Below are positions 24,484 through 36,664 of a DNA stretch of 64,000 nucleotides, one piece after another. Where the stretch lies: contig NC_043000.1 of the NCBI RefSeq assembly GCF_006345805.1, positions 164,300,001 to 164,364,000 of the forward strand, in the 5' to 3' direction. The notes beneath the pieces were generated by a model, which saw nothing but the letters and a program-made list of their open reading frames with translations, was not told the DNA's origin and did not search any database. The position numbers and the translations under genes were made by a program. Position 1 is the first letter of the stretch. Each line of letters starts with the position of its first letter. Source of the DNA: Octopus sinensis (Eukaryota).

Positions 24484-25685
24484 ATATAAATTGGACATGG
24501 GCGATCGTTGTCTTGAGGTTCACAGCCAAACAGCTGGGTGGATTCGCGTGAAAAATGGCACACATGTGGAGACGGGTGCATAGATTGGAATGTGGTTTGT
24601 AATTATTTCATAGACCCCATAATTACCGAGAAACTCGATTAAAACTTTTTCTAATGGAATTTCCGTTTGTTCCGCCATTAAAACAACCAGTTGCTCACAC
24701 AGCCGGCATATACCATTTCGCTAGCAACAAGGGGAGTACAGGATGACAGTTAGCCAAAGCCATCCATACATACATAGCTACGTACAGACATACATACATA
24801 ACTTCTCTCTCTCCTTTTCTTTGTCAGTCACTCACACATTCACTCACTACAAAAAGCAAATAACAAAATTTCAGTTAACTCTCTCTTGGCCATACGTACA
24901 TAACAACCTGTGTGTGTGTGTGTGTGTGTGTGAGTCACTGAAGCCATTCATACATACATAACCTCTCTCGCTTTTCCTCTGTCATTCACTCACTACAAAA
25001 AATGAATAAAAAATTTCAGTTATCTCTTTCTCTCTCTCTCTCACGCACACACACACACACACCAGCAACATTACTCTCTCTCTCTCTCTCTTTACACACA
25101 CTAACAAAAGCAATTCACATGCACACCACACATTCCGTCTCGCACACCCCATCAAACACACACACACACATGCACGCACGCACGCACATCAATTCTTCCG
25201 CTTCACGCCAACTTCAAAAGAACTTCACTCATACAATCGCGCTTTCTCTGTCTCTTTCGCTTTCACGCCAACTTCAAAAGATCCCGTTTCCACCCGGCCC
25301 CATATTAAACAAATATAAATTTTTACGGAAACCGACAATCATCTTCAAAAATGTAAATAAACACGTGGTTTATAAGTGATTTGTAAGTAACAGTCGTGTG
25401 TTCCCATATCGAAAGATCGCCCAATGTTTCAATGATTAGACAGAGGTCCAATAGAACAGCTCTCAGAAACAGACTACGTACAAATTTGTTCTTCACAACT
25501 CCTGAAGCTGTTTTCTGACAAGGAGGCGGATGTCAGGAAATTTTCGTACAGCTGGAGGCTCCAATCGAAACAGGGGACCCGAAATGATAAGGTTGAGAAA
25601 CGCTGTTATAGATTATGCTTAACCGAAAAAGATCACAGCCACATCATTCAAACAGACCGGTTGAATCCGGGCTTAGCTGCTTGTG

Positions 25686-25720
<35 letters not shown>

Positions 25721-25859
25721 GTTTGTGGTTTATACACTTGTCTTCGTCTTTTGTTTTTCTGTAAATTCCAACTTCATGCTCACCTTCCCTCATTCACTTC
25801 ACTGTGTCTCTTTCATTTTTCTCTCACCCCTCCATAATTCTTCTATCCTTCTACCTCCC

Positions 25860-26230
25860 TCTCTTCTCTCCCCATGTGACCGGTGTTCGGCCAGGGTTAA
25901 AGATTTTGGCCAAGGTGTTATCCAAGAGAGTGAGACTTATCGTGGGCGACCTGGTGGGAGAGGCACAGACATGTGCTATCCCAGGCAGGACAATACATGA
26001 CAACCTTTACCTCGTACGCTACACTATAGAGCGGGTGGGTAAATTTCTGGCAAAGGTGGGGCACTGGTGAATTTGGACCAGTCTAAGGCATTCTAAGGGT
26101 CTAAGGGTCGACCATCGGTATCTGGTGGGGATTCTCCGAGCGGTCGGACTGGGCCCGACTTTCCGTGGATGGATCAATGCTATGTATAGCGACATCGATT
26201 CAGTCGTCCGAGTCAACGGGTTCTTCTCGA
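25860..26230 (+). mobile_element. Tx1/L1-clade RT fragment
   Basis: KILAKVLSKR...VGEAQTCAIPGRTIHDNL...LDQSKAF...DHRYL..ILRAVGLGPTFRGWI. Confidence 0.85.
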
Positions 26231-27149
26231 TGCCGAAAAATATGCCGAAAAATTGGACATATTGTCCATTAACCATAAAATTTTTTTCACACAATACGCA
26301 CGCTACTCGAAAAAAAGTGGACAGAAATTTCTAAAAATTCCATTATTACCATATCGGACTGAGTTCAGGGTTAGCTTATAACAGCCCTCCCTTCGTCAGT
26401 GATACATGTGGCAAAAGAAATAAATGAGATACCCATGGAAGAAGCAAAACACCAAGTCATGAGCACAATTAAGTACCCCAAATACATCCAAAATAGAAAT
26501 ACTCTAGCCCATCCAATACACGTGCGATTTGAACTAATGCTCTCACAGAGTGAAAAAATATATATATATATATATCATAATCTCCATATTTTTCTACGTA
26601 TTTCGCCAAAACAATTTTTTTAAAAAGTGAAAATTTAAGAAATTTTAGTGGGGTGTGAAGAGGGGTTTAAAATTTTGAAAAACAGATACTTTTGCAAATT
26701 CGGAATCTCCGCCCTCGATATAGTGTGTACCTGTAAAACAAAAAGAAAACCAAAAACAATCGCAAAGGTCCATCGCCAAAAATCTTTTTTTTTTAAAGTG
26801 AAAATTTAAGAAATGTAGGTAGGTGAAGGGGGTATTTAAATACAGATTTTTTTTGCAAATTTGGAATCTCTGCCCTCGAAATAGTGTGTTGCAGTAAAAA
26901 AGAAAACAAAAAAAAATCGCGCAGTGTGTACAGTCCATGATCTTTACCTCCGCCGATTTGTTTATGCCCAGGTAACTTAGCGGTTCGACAAAACAAATCG
27001 ACAGATTAAGTACCAAGCTTTCAAAAAATATAAGCGAAGGGGTCCATTCGTTCAACTAACACTCTTCAGAACACTGACCCAGTGTGACCGCAGCCCAATG
27101 ACTGAAACAAATAAAAGATTAAAAAAAGATGGCTAGAATGGAATTTAAT

Positions 27150-27345
27150 AACCTTTCTACAATAGGAACAAAGCCTGAAACTTTGCAAAAGTAGGCTAAT
27201 CGATTACATCGACTTCACTGCTTGACTGGTACTTATTTTAATCGATCCGGAAAGGATGAGAGGCGAAATCGATCACGGTGGAATTTGAACTTGGAACGTA
27301 AGGACGGACTAAATGCCGCTAAGCATTTTTCCCGGCCGATTCTGC
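27150..27345 (+). mobile_element. SINE-like repeat
   Basis: Family core aatcgattacatcgac...ggaatttgaacttggaacgtaaggacgg. Confidence 0.65.
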
Positions 27346-28887
27346 CTTTCAATGAATAGCAACGATTCAAAAAAATGTTTTGGAAAGTTATTTCCCTTGG
27401 CTCATTCTCGCCCAAATCTCTGAATTAAAGAGAAAATATCAGAATAGATTTGTTTGGAGTGAAAAGCCTGCAAAATTAAACTCCCGCCTTCAGTTGCAAG
27501 AACACTTGTATTTTTAACGTAGCCATCAAGTTTTGTTTCACGATACGGCAGATCAACAGAAAAATGTGCCCCACCCCGATTTTGTTTCCTAGTAACTTTC
27601 AGAAAAGTGGATATTTTATAATTAAATTTTCTACAAATACACTTCAGGTGGTGTAGATTCAGATTATATCGGAATTTACAATTAAGATTTTTTCCCGAGG
27701 TGTATAGAGAGGAGTTTAGAAAAATCACACGAGTCGGTTTTGTTTGCTCATACTATTTTTTGAAAGTTATGAGGAAACAGAGTCAGGGAGAATCACATTT
27801 GTGTAAGTATGCCTAAGATACATCTCGCAGATGTTCTGGGATGCATCGTCAGTGATGTTTCTGGGTTGCCAGTGGGGTTTCGGGTCTTTGAACATCAGAC
27901 CCCCGAGCCCGGTTGGCTCAGCTCAATTTCCAGCTTATATTCCAGTAGGGGCAAACCACTGGTCTACCTTCTTTATCCAAAGCTATCTAATGGCTTTCCT
28001 CGCTGCTGCACCAGAACACTGACTGACAAGGTTGACCCATTGAATTCACGTGTACGGTCCATTCATTGGGTTTCTACAGTTTGTGTCTTCTCAATTTCGC
28101 TATGAAATATTGGACAGTCCTGCCGATCCCCTAATGTAGGGCCCTAAATTCAGAGGGAAATTCAAATAATAATCAGAATACAGTACAAACTAGGACATCT
28201 TTAAATTTCCTAAATAAACAGATGAGAACACTTCAAATATTTTAATAATTTTGAAATTATTAATAATGTAATTGTTTAGATTGAGATGAAATAAACAATT
28301 CAGTACCTTGATCTGTTTCAGTCACTAATATATTATATCAAAAATATTACCTTTTTAAATATACAAAAAGTTTTTTTAAACCAAATTTTACTCAAAAAGA
28401 CGATTTTATCCTTATATATTTGTTGTGCAAGATTTTTTTTTTATGTGAAATCGTGTGTTGAAAGAGATATTGTTGTATTTCGGAATGGTCATTTTGCCAG
28501 TGTGACGAAAGGACCTGGCCGAAATAAGATTAAGTTTAATGTAAAACAATAAATAACACCAAATATATAGTGCGTGTGTTTTTGTTGGCTAAACTGGCAA
28601 AACGATTTTATCTTTTTACTACAAAGGAGCAGACATAGTTAATGTTTACATCTTGACTAAGTCGAACCAATTCTATCATCACAAGAAGAAGTGAAAGCTG
28701 TAAATAAATCAATGCCTGACGAAACCCGTTTCACGCGATCTCACTCATCCCATTTTTATCTCTGCAGATTTACCACCGGCCAGCTCAAAGTTATCTTTCC
28801 TTAGTAATCAGTTACAGCGCTAGGGGAACGACATGGGCGGGTAACTCTGATAAAGTAAATTGTTTACTTCACACACGTGCTTTGCTT

Positions 28888-29220
28888 GATCGGAACATTC
28901 GGCCCCAGAAGGAGAAGATCGAAGTATTCGGGGAGCAGAAGGAGATCGAAACATTCGGCCCCAGAAGGAGAAGATCGAAGCATTCGGGGAGCAGAAGGAG
29001 ATCGAAACATTCGGCCCCAGAAGGAGAAGATCGAAGCATTCGGGGAGCAGAAGGAGATCGAAACATTCGGCCCCAGAAGGAGAAGATCGAAGCATTCGGG
29101 GAGCAGAAGGAGATCGAAACATTCGGCCCCAGAAGGAGAAGATCGAAGTATTTGGGGAGCAAAAGGAGATCGAAACATTCGGCCCCAGAAGGAGAAGATC
29201 GAAGCATTCGGGGAGCAGAA
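28888..29220 (+). repeat. Minisatellite: about 6 copies of a 56-bp unit made of related 29-bp and 27-bp halves
   Basis: Units start at 28888, 28944, 29000, 29056, 29112 and 29168 (GATCGAAACATTCGGCCCCAGAAGGAGAA GATCGAAGCATTCGGGGAGCAGAAGGA); only a few substitutions. Confidence 0.97.
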
Positions 29221-29411
29221 GATCTTTTCAATTATTTATTTATATAGAATATATGAATTTGAACTCGTTTAATGCAAGAATTTATGTAATACATTTTTAT
29301 TTGTTCCTGTTGGAGTCTGAAGGAGAGGCAAATCAACGAACCTGATTTGGTCACCGATATTTCTTTGTAAAGGAACTTTGTAAATAGAATTCGTCGAATA
29401 GTTTTGTTTAC

Positions 29412-31898
29412 ATGATGGAGACCGTGGGAAAATCCCCTGTGAAACTGAACCAATGTTACTGTGGAGGCGATGCCAATGAGAACGAGGAAATGCTAACCTG
29501 CACCAAGTGCAGTCTTCTCTTCCACCCGGCCTGTCTGCAGAACGGTCGGCCTTCGGAACTGTTGGGGGATATCTTCTTTGAATTCACTTGTTCGAATTGT
29601 TCTCCGGACAACCAAGAATTGTGTCAGAGAGTGAAACTACAATGGATACATGTAGTTTCGCTGGCCTTGTATAATTTGCAGTTTTCAGGTACAGGTAAGA
29701 TGGGTTATTATCGCTGGAAAGATCATATCTGTGCTTTTATTGACAAACACTGGAAATTTCTATTTGGGAACCGAAAAAAGACGAATCTATGGCACGGTAC
29801 TGTCGCAGGTATTCTGTCAACAGGCTGCCCGAATTATTTCATTTCGGGGTCAAAAGAGATAGGTGAATCTGGCTGGTGGAAATTAGCCGAAGGTAAAATG
29901 TCGTTTATGAATTTAGAATCGTCATGGAAAAATTTCCGCAAACGCTCTAAGACTCCTCCTGTGGACGTGAATCTACTCCCGTCTGGCTTACGTGGTCGTC
30001 AGAAGAAATCCTCTCTTGAAGTTGCGATAGAACGTAAAGAAAAAGGTGTTACATTCACTAAACGTAAAATAACAAATGCCGAAAAGACAACAAAAGTGTC
30101 ATTGGCCGCTGTTAGAAGTAGTTCGAATATAAACGATATCGCTACAACTACTTTTAGTGGACCCAGTTATAATGATCTCTTAACGTCTAATATTCAAACC
30201 AAATTAGATTCTTTATTGAACCCCATTCAAATTAAATCAGAATCTTCCTCTTATTCTCACTGCACATTTGATCTGACACATTATGGTGAACTTGGTAATT
30301 TTATGGAACAAGATGAGGAGGAACCGCCAACTGAAAATACAAAATCAGAATCCCTCGAACCTCAGATAAGTATGCCATTTCCACCCTTTTTAAAAGATGA
30401 GTCTGATAGTGATATGGAAATAGATATTGGAACCTTTTCTCCTATACCTGCTTGTTCACCCAGCCCCACTTCTCCTCGACTTTCACCTTCCTTACAAGAG
30501 ATGTTTGCTGTTCTTGATGATAAGTCCAATGGACCACTTTTTACGAGAACATCTGATTCCTCTGTTGAACTTTCTATTCCATCACTGAGTGTGAGAGATG
30601 GCAAGACCACTTCCACTAATGAACTTGCAAGCATTAATATTAATAATAATAGCAACAACAAATATTTTAACTTTGACTTTAAGACTACTAATCCTCCGTT
30701 GGGTAAAGTTCCCAAAAGAGAATTAGTAAATGAACCGATAAATACCCAGAACGAAATTGTTCCAAAATTGGAGCCACACGAAGAAATTAAGGAATTGGAA
30801 GAAAGTGCTAATGACTCGGTCAAAAGAGAAGTTAATGAAGATCAAGAAGAAAAATCAAATGAAACAGAAGAATCGGAAAAAGAAGGTGAAGAAGAGGAGG
30901 TGAAAGAAATGAGTCCAGAGCCCAAAACAATCAAGTTTGTTCCTATTAGTTTATATCATGAGAAAAAACTTCTTAGTCAACTTAACCATATTGCTGACAA
31001 GTCAACTCTTCCTGTTGACCTTCATAGATTCCGTCGTAAATTACTTGTGCGGCAAATGAAAAGAGAACAAGGTATGCCTCTGTTTGACTTAGATGCCGAG
31101 GTTAATTATCATTTGGGATTATTGAACTCCTCCTCAATAGACAAAGACTATAATCAGATTCATGGTGTTCCCTCATCATACTGCCATCCTGCTGATGTGA
31201 GAGTACTCAGTAGATTCTTAACTCACCCTGAAATTTATCCACCAAAATCAAACAAGAAACAACCTTTATTTATCAACAGACTGATTGGTACTGAAGATGA
31301 TCAGCTGCAGTGTATTTGCAGCCCATACACTACACGTTGGCTGAAACCTTTCATCATGAGAGATTATGAAACTAAACCCATAAAAATGCGTCTCTTGGAG
31401 GAAATCCAAGCTTATTCACATAGAGATGATCCCTTATGGAAACCTCCACCTACTTATCCAATAGATTATTGTTATGTCCGTCCTCAACACATTCCATCTG
31501 TGAATTCACTTTGTCAACAGTTTTTCTGGCCAGGAATCGACCTGTCAGAATGCCTGCAGTACCCTGACTTCAGCTGTGTTGTTTTATACCGAAAGATTGT
31601 CATTGGATTTGCCTTCATGGTACCTGATGTAAAATATAATGAAGCATATATTTCTTTTTTGTTTACTCACCCTGAATGGTGCCGTTCAGGTATTGCTTCA
31701 TTCTTACTTTACCATCTTATACAGACATGCATGGGTAAAGATGTCACGCTTCATGTTTCAGCCAACAATCCAGCCATGTTACTCTATCAAAAGTTTGGTT
31801 TCAAACCAGAACAGTTTATATTGGACTTCTACGACAAATATTACCCTGCAGACTCTCGAGAATGTAAGCATGCTTTTTTCCTAAGACTTCGGAGATGA
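29412..31898 (+). CDS. KAT14: Cysteine-rich protein 2-binding protein / lysine acetyltransferase 14 (ATAC complex subunit ATAC2), 828 aa, single ORF
   Basis: N-terminal C4HC3 PHD-like finger plus winged-helix-like segment (RWKDHICAFIDKHW), low-complexity acidic middle, and a C-terminal GNAT domain ending YHLIQTCMGKDVTLHVSANNPAMLLYQKFGF...ECKHAFFLRLRR, which I recall as nearly identical to human KAT14. AATAAA at 31900-31905. Confidence 0.96.
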   Translation: MMETVGKSPVKLNQCYCGGDANENEEMLTCTKCSLLFHPACLQNGRPSELLGDIFFEFTCSNCSPDNQELCQRVKLQWIHVVSLALYNLQFSGTGKMGYYRWKDHICAFIDKHWKFLFGNRKKTNLWHGTVAGILSTGCPNYFISGSKEIGESGWWKLAEGKMSFMNLESSWKNFRKRSKTPPVDVNLLPSGLRGRQKKSSLEVAIERKEKGVTFTKRKITNAEKTTKVSLAAVRSSSNINDIATTTFSGPSYNDLLTSNIQTKLDSLLNPIQIKSESSSYSHCTFDLTHYGELGNFMEQDEEEPPTENTKSESLEPQISMPFPPFLKDESDSDMEIDIGTFSPIPACSPSPTSPRLSPSLQEMFAVLDDKSNGPLFTRTSDSSVELSIPSLSVRDGKTTSTNELASININNNSNNKYFNFDFKTTNPPLGKVPKRELVNEPINTQNEIVPKLEPHEEIKELEESANDSVKREVNEDQEEKSNETEESEKEGEEEEVKEMSPEPKTIKFVPISLYHEKKLLSQLNHIADKSTLPVDLHRFRRKLLVRQMKREQGMPLFDLDAEVNYHLGLLNSSSIDKDYNQIHGVPSSYCHPADVRVLSRFLTHPEIYPPKSNKKQPLFINRLIGTEDDQLQCICSPYTTRWLKPFIMRDYETKPIKMRLLEEIQAYSHRDDPLWKPPPTYPIDYCYVRPQHIPSVNSLCQQFFWPGIDLSECLQYPDFSCVVLYRKIVIGFAFMVPDVKYNEAYISFLFTHPEWCRSGIASFLLYHLIQTCMGKDVTLHVSANNPAMLLYQKFGFKPEQFILDFYDKYYPADSRECKHAFFLRLRR

Positions 31899-34360
31899 AA
31901 ATAAATTTACTGCACTTAATTTTGTGGTGTCTGTTTATATCCTATTTTCTCTTTAGAGTAAGCTTCTACTTCTATAATAAAAGGTAAAAGCTTTCAGCAA
32001 GTAGTCTATTGTTTGAGCCCACAGATTCAGTTCATAAAATTGTTTCAATCTCTTATTGTAAACACTCCACTTCATGTCATTGATACCCTTAAGAAAAACA
32101 TAAAAGTTTCAGTTTAATTCCTCTTTTTTATAAATTTGAGGATTTTTATCTAAGAAATCCATATGTAGCACAATAACTCAGTGTTTTCCAAACTGTGTGT
32201 TGTGACACATTAGCAGGGTGTAGGTGTGTTGCAGACGTACAGGAAACCAATATATAAAATACCCAATACCAATTTGTTTCAGCTTTTCAGAATCTGTTTG
32301 TTAGTATAGCAAACATGCCAATGCATGTAGCCAGCAGCTATCATTTCCCACTTAATGTTTAGAGGCAAGATTAAAGATAAAATGGCACAAGTAATCTTCA
32401 TTATATAACTCTCATTTTTATTGTATTTTATTCAGTGTAAAAGAATTAACATATTGCAAGTGTATTCTCTTCTCCAAAGTAAATTGAAAATCAATTAAAA
32501 AGTTTCAAATCTGTACCTGTTTTAATGAGCAAAACACACCTGGAACTGCTTTCAAATCACCTCAAGTTATTGCTCACCTATACTGGTATTACACATTACT
32601 AAAGGTGAGCTAATAATTATGAAATCTCATTATACTAATGCCACACTTACCCCTTGTTCATCAGTCTCGTGGGCTTAGCCTTAGGAACTGGGTGTTCTGA
32701 TTAAGTAAATCAGCTCAGTTTTATTCATAAATTGTAATTAAATTACCCATAAAATGGACAAGTTTTTAATTAAGAAAAGAAAGGTTACAGAAGATGACAT
32801 TTCCAATAAACACAACAGCTATGAAGGAAACCACTGAAACGACTGTTGAATGACTTGCATCAGTGAGTGAGAAGTGCACAGGATGGATTTTTAAGCCTCA
32901 TTTTTGCAACAAAGATTGTATAAACCTGAGCTTCACATTTTCTGGAAATGAAAACAACCTTAGTCCTCAGTGTTTAGTTTGTGGGGATATACTTGCTAAT
33001 GAAAGTTTGGTACTAAACAAATTAAAACAACATTTCAGCACTGGGCACAGAAATTTGTCAATAAAACCAGTGGAATACTTCACTGAACTTTCAAAATCTC
33101 TCAAAAGCAAGCTTCAGCTTTCACAATGAGAATGAAAACATTAGACAAAGCTAAAGAGGCAAGTTACTTGGTTGCTCAAAGAATGGCTGAAAGTAGTATA
33201 AAGGAATCTTGCTGTGCTATTGCTCAAACAATGTTTAGACGTGAATTTGAGATAAAAGTTAGTAAAATTCCTCTGGCAGATAACTCAATTGGAAGATGAA
33301 TTCAAGATGTGTCTGACGATATTAAGCTGCAAATGAAGGATATTTTTCAAGATAATAACTTGTTTGCAGTGTAGTTAGATAAATCAACAGATGTCAGTGG
33401 GTTAGCAGCACATTGATGGTTTTTATACGTTTCATTTGTAATGACAGAATTATTGAGCAATTCTTGTGATGTCTAGAATTTCATTGAGAACTAGAGGTGA
33501 AGACAACTTTCAAGCTTTATTAAGGAAAAATTTTATGGTTAAACTTTGCAGGAATTTTCTCAGATGTTAAGTGGCTCAAAAGTAGACCTCTTAAATCAAG
33601 ATTATTTGCTCATATTTGTGAAGAAATGACAAACGGTCATGTGCTTTGTCGTGTATATGAATTGAGAGAAATTGTTTTAACTTTTTGAAAAAAATCTACA
33701 AAATAAATTCCACAATCTGATTCAAGACGAACTTTGGTGTACCAAATTGGCATATTTTTTTAACATATCTGAATAAAATTAACACAGGTATGCAGGGAAA
33801 AGCAGAAAATATCTTAACATTGGCTGATAAAATTTGTGCTATGAGAGACAAAATAACAATTTGGAAACACAAAAGTAAAAGAAGGAAATTTTGAAATGTT
33901 TTCCAAAACTTGTGAGATCAGATTATTAATTGTTGGCCGTTTAACATTGCTTAGAGAAAAACTTGATTATTATTTTCTAAATATTGAAATTCAAAACTAT
34001 GATTGGCTCAGAAATCCATTTCTTGCAACTGTAACTATTGATTTTTCACTTACCAAAGAAGAAGAAGAACTAGCTAAAATGAAGAATGATTGGTGTCTGT
34101 TATAGAATTATGAAGAGGGAATCTTACAGAACTTTTGGATTAGTGTTTCAAAGGAGTATCCAAACCTAGTTAAAAAGGCTTTACAAATTCTTTTGTAGTT
34201 TTATACTACATACATTTGTGAAGCATCTTTTTCAGCAATGCTAAACTTAAATGCATCAAAACAGGGAAACTTCAAAATGCTTGATAGTGAAATATGAGTG
34301 TCATTATCTACTATTCCATCTAATGTCCAAAATCTCCTTTCTTCCCACCAAGCTCATGTA

Positions 34361-35807
34361 TCATCATCATCATCATCGTTTAACGTCCGTTCTCCATGCT
34401 AGCATGGGTTGGACGGTTCGACCGGGGATCTGGGAAGCCAGAAGGCTGCACCAGGCTCCAGTCTTATCTGGCAATGTTTCTACAGCTGGATGCCCTTCCT
34501 AACGCCAACCACTCCGTGAGCATAGTGGGTGCTTTTTACGTGCCACCTGCACAGGTGCCAGGCGAGGCTGGCAACGGCCACGGTCGGATTGGTGTATTTT
34601 ACGTGCCACCGGCACGGAAGCCAGTCGAGGCGGCGCTGGCATCGGCCACGAGTCGGATAGTGCTTTTTACGTACCACCAGACCAGGGATCCTGGCTGGTT
34701 CAATTCAATTTCGATTTCGCTTGCCCCAACATGTCTTCGCAAGCAAAGGGGGTTGGCATGGGTGCCTGTCGTCGGATGAGGTTCGATTTCGACTTCGCTT
34801 GCCTCAACAGGTCTTTGTGTGTCCAAGGGAGGAAAGACATGCTGAAGTGGGCTGGACTCACTTGTCCTGCCTGGTCTTCTCACGTACAGCATATTTCCAA
34901 AGGTCTCGGTCGCTGGTCATTGCCTCGGTAAGGCCTAAAGTTCAAAGGTCGTGCTTCATCACCTCGTCCCAGGTTTTCCTGGGTCTACCTCTTCCACGGG
35001 TTCCCTCAACTGCTAGGGATTGGTACTTTTTCACACACCTATCTTCATCCATTCTTGCCACATGACCATACTAGCGCAATCGTCTCTCTTGCACACCACA
35101 ACTGATGTTTCGTAGGTCCAACATTTCTCTCAAGGTACTAATGCTCTGTCGAGTATGTACACTGACGTTACACATCCATCGGAGCATACTGGCTTCATTC
35201 CTCACGAGCTTACGCATGTCCTCAGCAGTCATGGCCCATGTTTCACTGCCATGTAGCATGGCTGTTCGTACACATGCATCATACAGTCTGCCTTTTACTC
35301 TGAGCGAGAGGCCTTTTGTCACCAGCAGGGGTAAGAGCTCCCTAAACTTTGCCCAGGCTATTCTTATTCTAGCCGTTACACTTTCAGCACACCCACCCCC
35401 ACTACTGACTTGGTCACCAAGATAACAGAAGCTATCAACTACTTCTAGTTTTTCCCCCTGGAAAGTGACGGAAGTTGTTTTCTGCAGATTTTCGGAGGTT
35501 AATGCTCCCGAGCATCTGCCACATACAAAAACTATCTTCCCAGTTAGCCTTCCTTTGACATTGCTGCACCTCTTATGTGTCCATAGCTTACACTGGGTAC
35601 ATCTTATAGAGTTTCTACCTACATCTTTTCTACAGATCGAGCAGGGCCATCTTCCTGAAGACATTTGTGGATTGTCTCCCTTCCTACTTATTAGTACTTT
35701 GGTTTTAGCTAGGTTGACTCTAAGGCCCCTCGATTCTAAACCCTCCTTCCACACCTGGAACTTCTCCTCCAGTTCTGATAGTGACTCAGCAATTAGAGCA
35801 ACTCGCT
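34361..35807 (-). mobile_element. 5'-truncated RTE LINE with (GAT)n tail
   Basis: RT C-terminal ORF (35071..35807), PHD-like insert, DLW.YAVREKT end, repeat-containing 3' UTR. Confidence 0.93.
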
Positions 35808-35855
35808 GAAATAGTAAGTTATAAAAAAATTTTTTTTTATTAATCCTTGCATATA

Positions 35856-36413
35856 CAGGGTGGACCAAAATGATCTGACACATTTGGAGGCTTAATAAAA
35901 GTGCAAAATAAGAAACAATGAAAAGAAAATTTTTTATTTTCTGAATCTACCTATAATGCCATTTTATTTCATTAAGTTTTAAAAATTAAATCAGCTAAAT
36001 GCTTCCCATCATTGTCTGTTGACACTGTTGGAGACGTTCATGGAAGTTATCGATAACTCTTTGGATCATTTCTTCTGGAATGGTGAAATGTGATTTCTTC
36101 TTGTGGGGATATTTAAAATGAAAAGTATTCAGTCATCACCCTCGATCTATTGAGGAATTAAAACGTGTAATTTGTGTAGAAATAGCAACCATTCCAGAAG
36201 AAATGATCCAAAGAGTTATCGATATCTGTCATGAATGTCTCCAACAATGTGTTGACAATGATGGGAAGCATTTAGCTGATTTAATTTTTAAAACTTAATG
36301 AAATAAAATGGCATTATATGTAGATTCAGAAAATAAAATTTTTCTTTTCATTATTTCTTATTTTGTGCTTTTATTAAGCCTCCAAATGTGTCAGATCATT
36401 TTGCTCCACCCTG
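35856..36413. mobile_element. Fold-back Tc1/mariner-derived MITE with about 228-bp inverted arms
   Basis: TA|CAGGGTGG...CCACCCTG|TA; arms 35856..36084 and 36188..36413; core encodes CDFFLWGYLK...IEELKRVI. Confidence 0.9.
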
Positions 36414-36429
36414 TATATACAAATTATTA

Positions 36430-36603
36430 TCGATAAACTACACTCTCGGAATGGTTGGTGTTAGGAAGGGCATCCAGCTGTAGAAACTCTGCCAGATCAA
36501 GATTGAAGCCTGGTGCAGCTATGTGGTTCGCCAGCCCTCAGTCAAATTGTCCAACCCATGCTAGCATGGAAAGCGGATGTTAGACGATGATGATGATGAT
36601 GAT
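36430..36603 (+). mobile_element. Short RTE 3'-end copy / RTE-related SINE with (GAT)n tail
   Basis: ggttggtgttaggaagggcatccagctgtagaaac...ccatgctagcatggaaagcggatgttagacgatgatgat. Confidence 0.85.
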
Positions 36604-36664
36604 AACTCACATTTCTCTTGAAAATGTATTTTATTTTGCTTACAAATTATATATTTATAAAATA

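Noticed and set aside
26615-26945. Diverged tandem duplication of about 170 bp
   Set aside because: Real but old, AT-rich and without any functional cue.
28888-29220. Minisatellite as a CRISPR array or as a heat-shock-element cluster
   Set aside because: There are no unique spacers, only pure tandem units in eukaryotic DNA. GAA and TTC are separated by 3 nt, not the 2 nt of a canonical nGAAnnTTCn element.
28820-29272. Five overlapping ORFs of 100-131 aa on both strands
   Set aside because: They arise from a stop-poor 56-bp repeat cycling through frames; there is no coding evidence.
30362-30823. 153-aa antisense ORF inside KAT14
   Set aside because: Shadow ORF opposite a low-complexity coding region.
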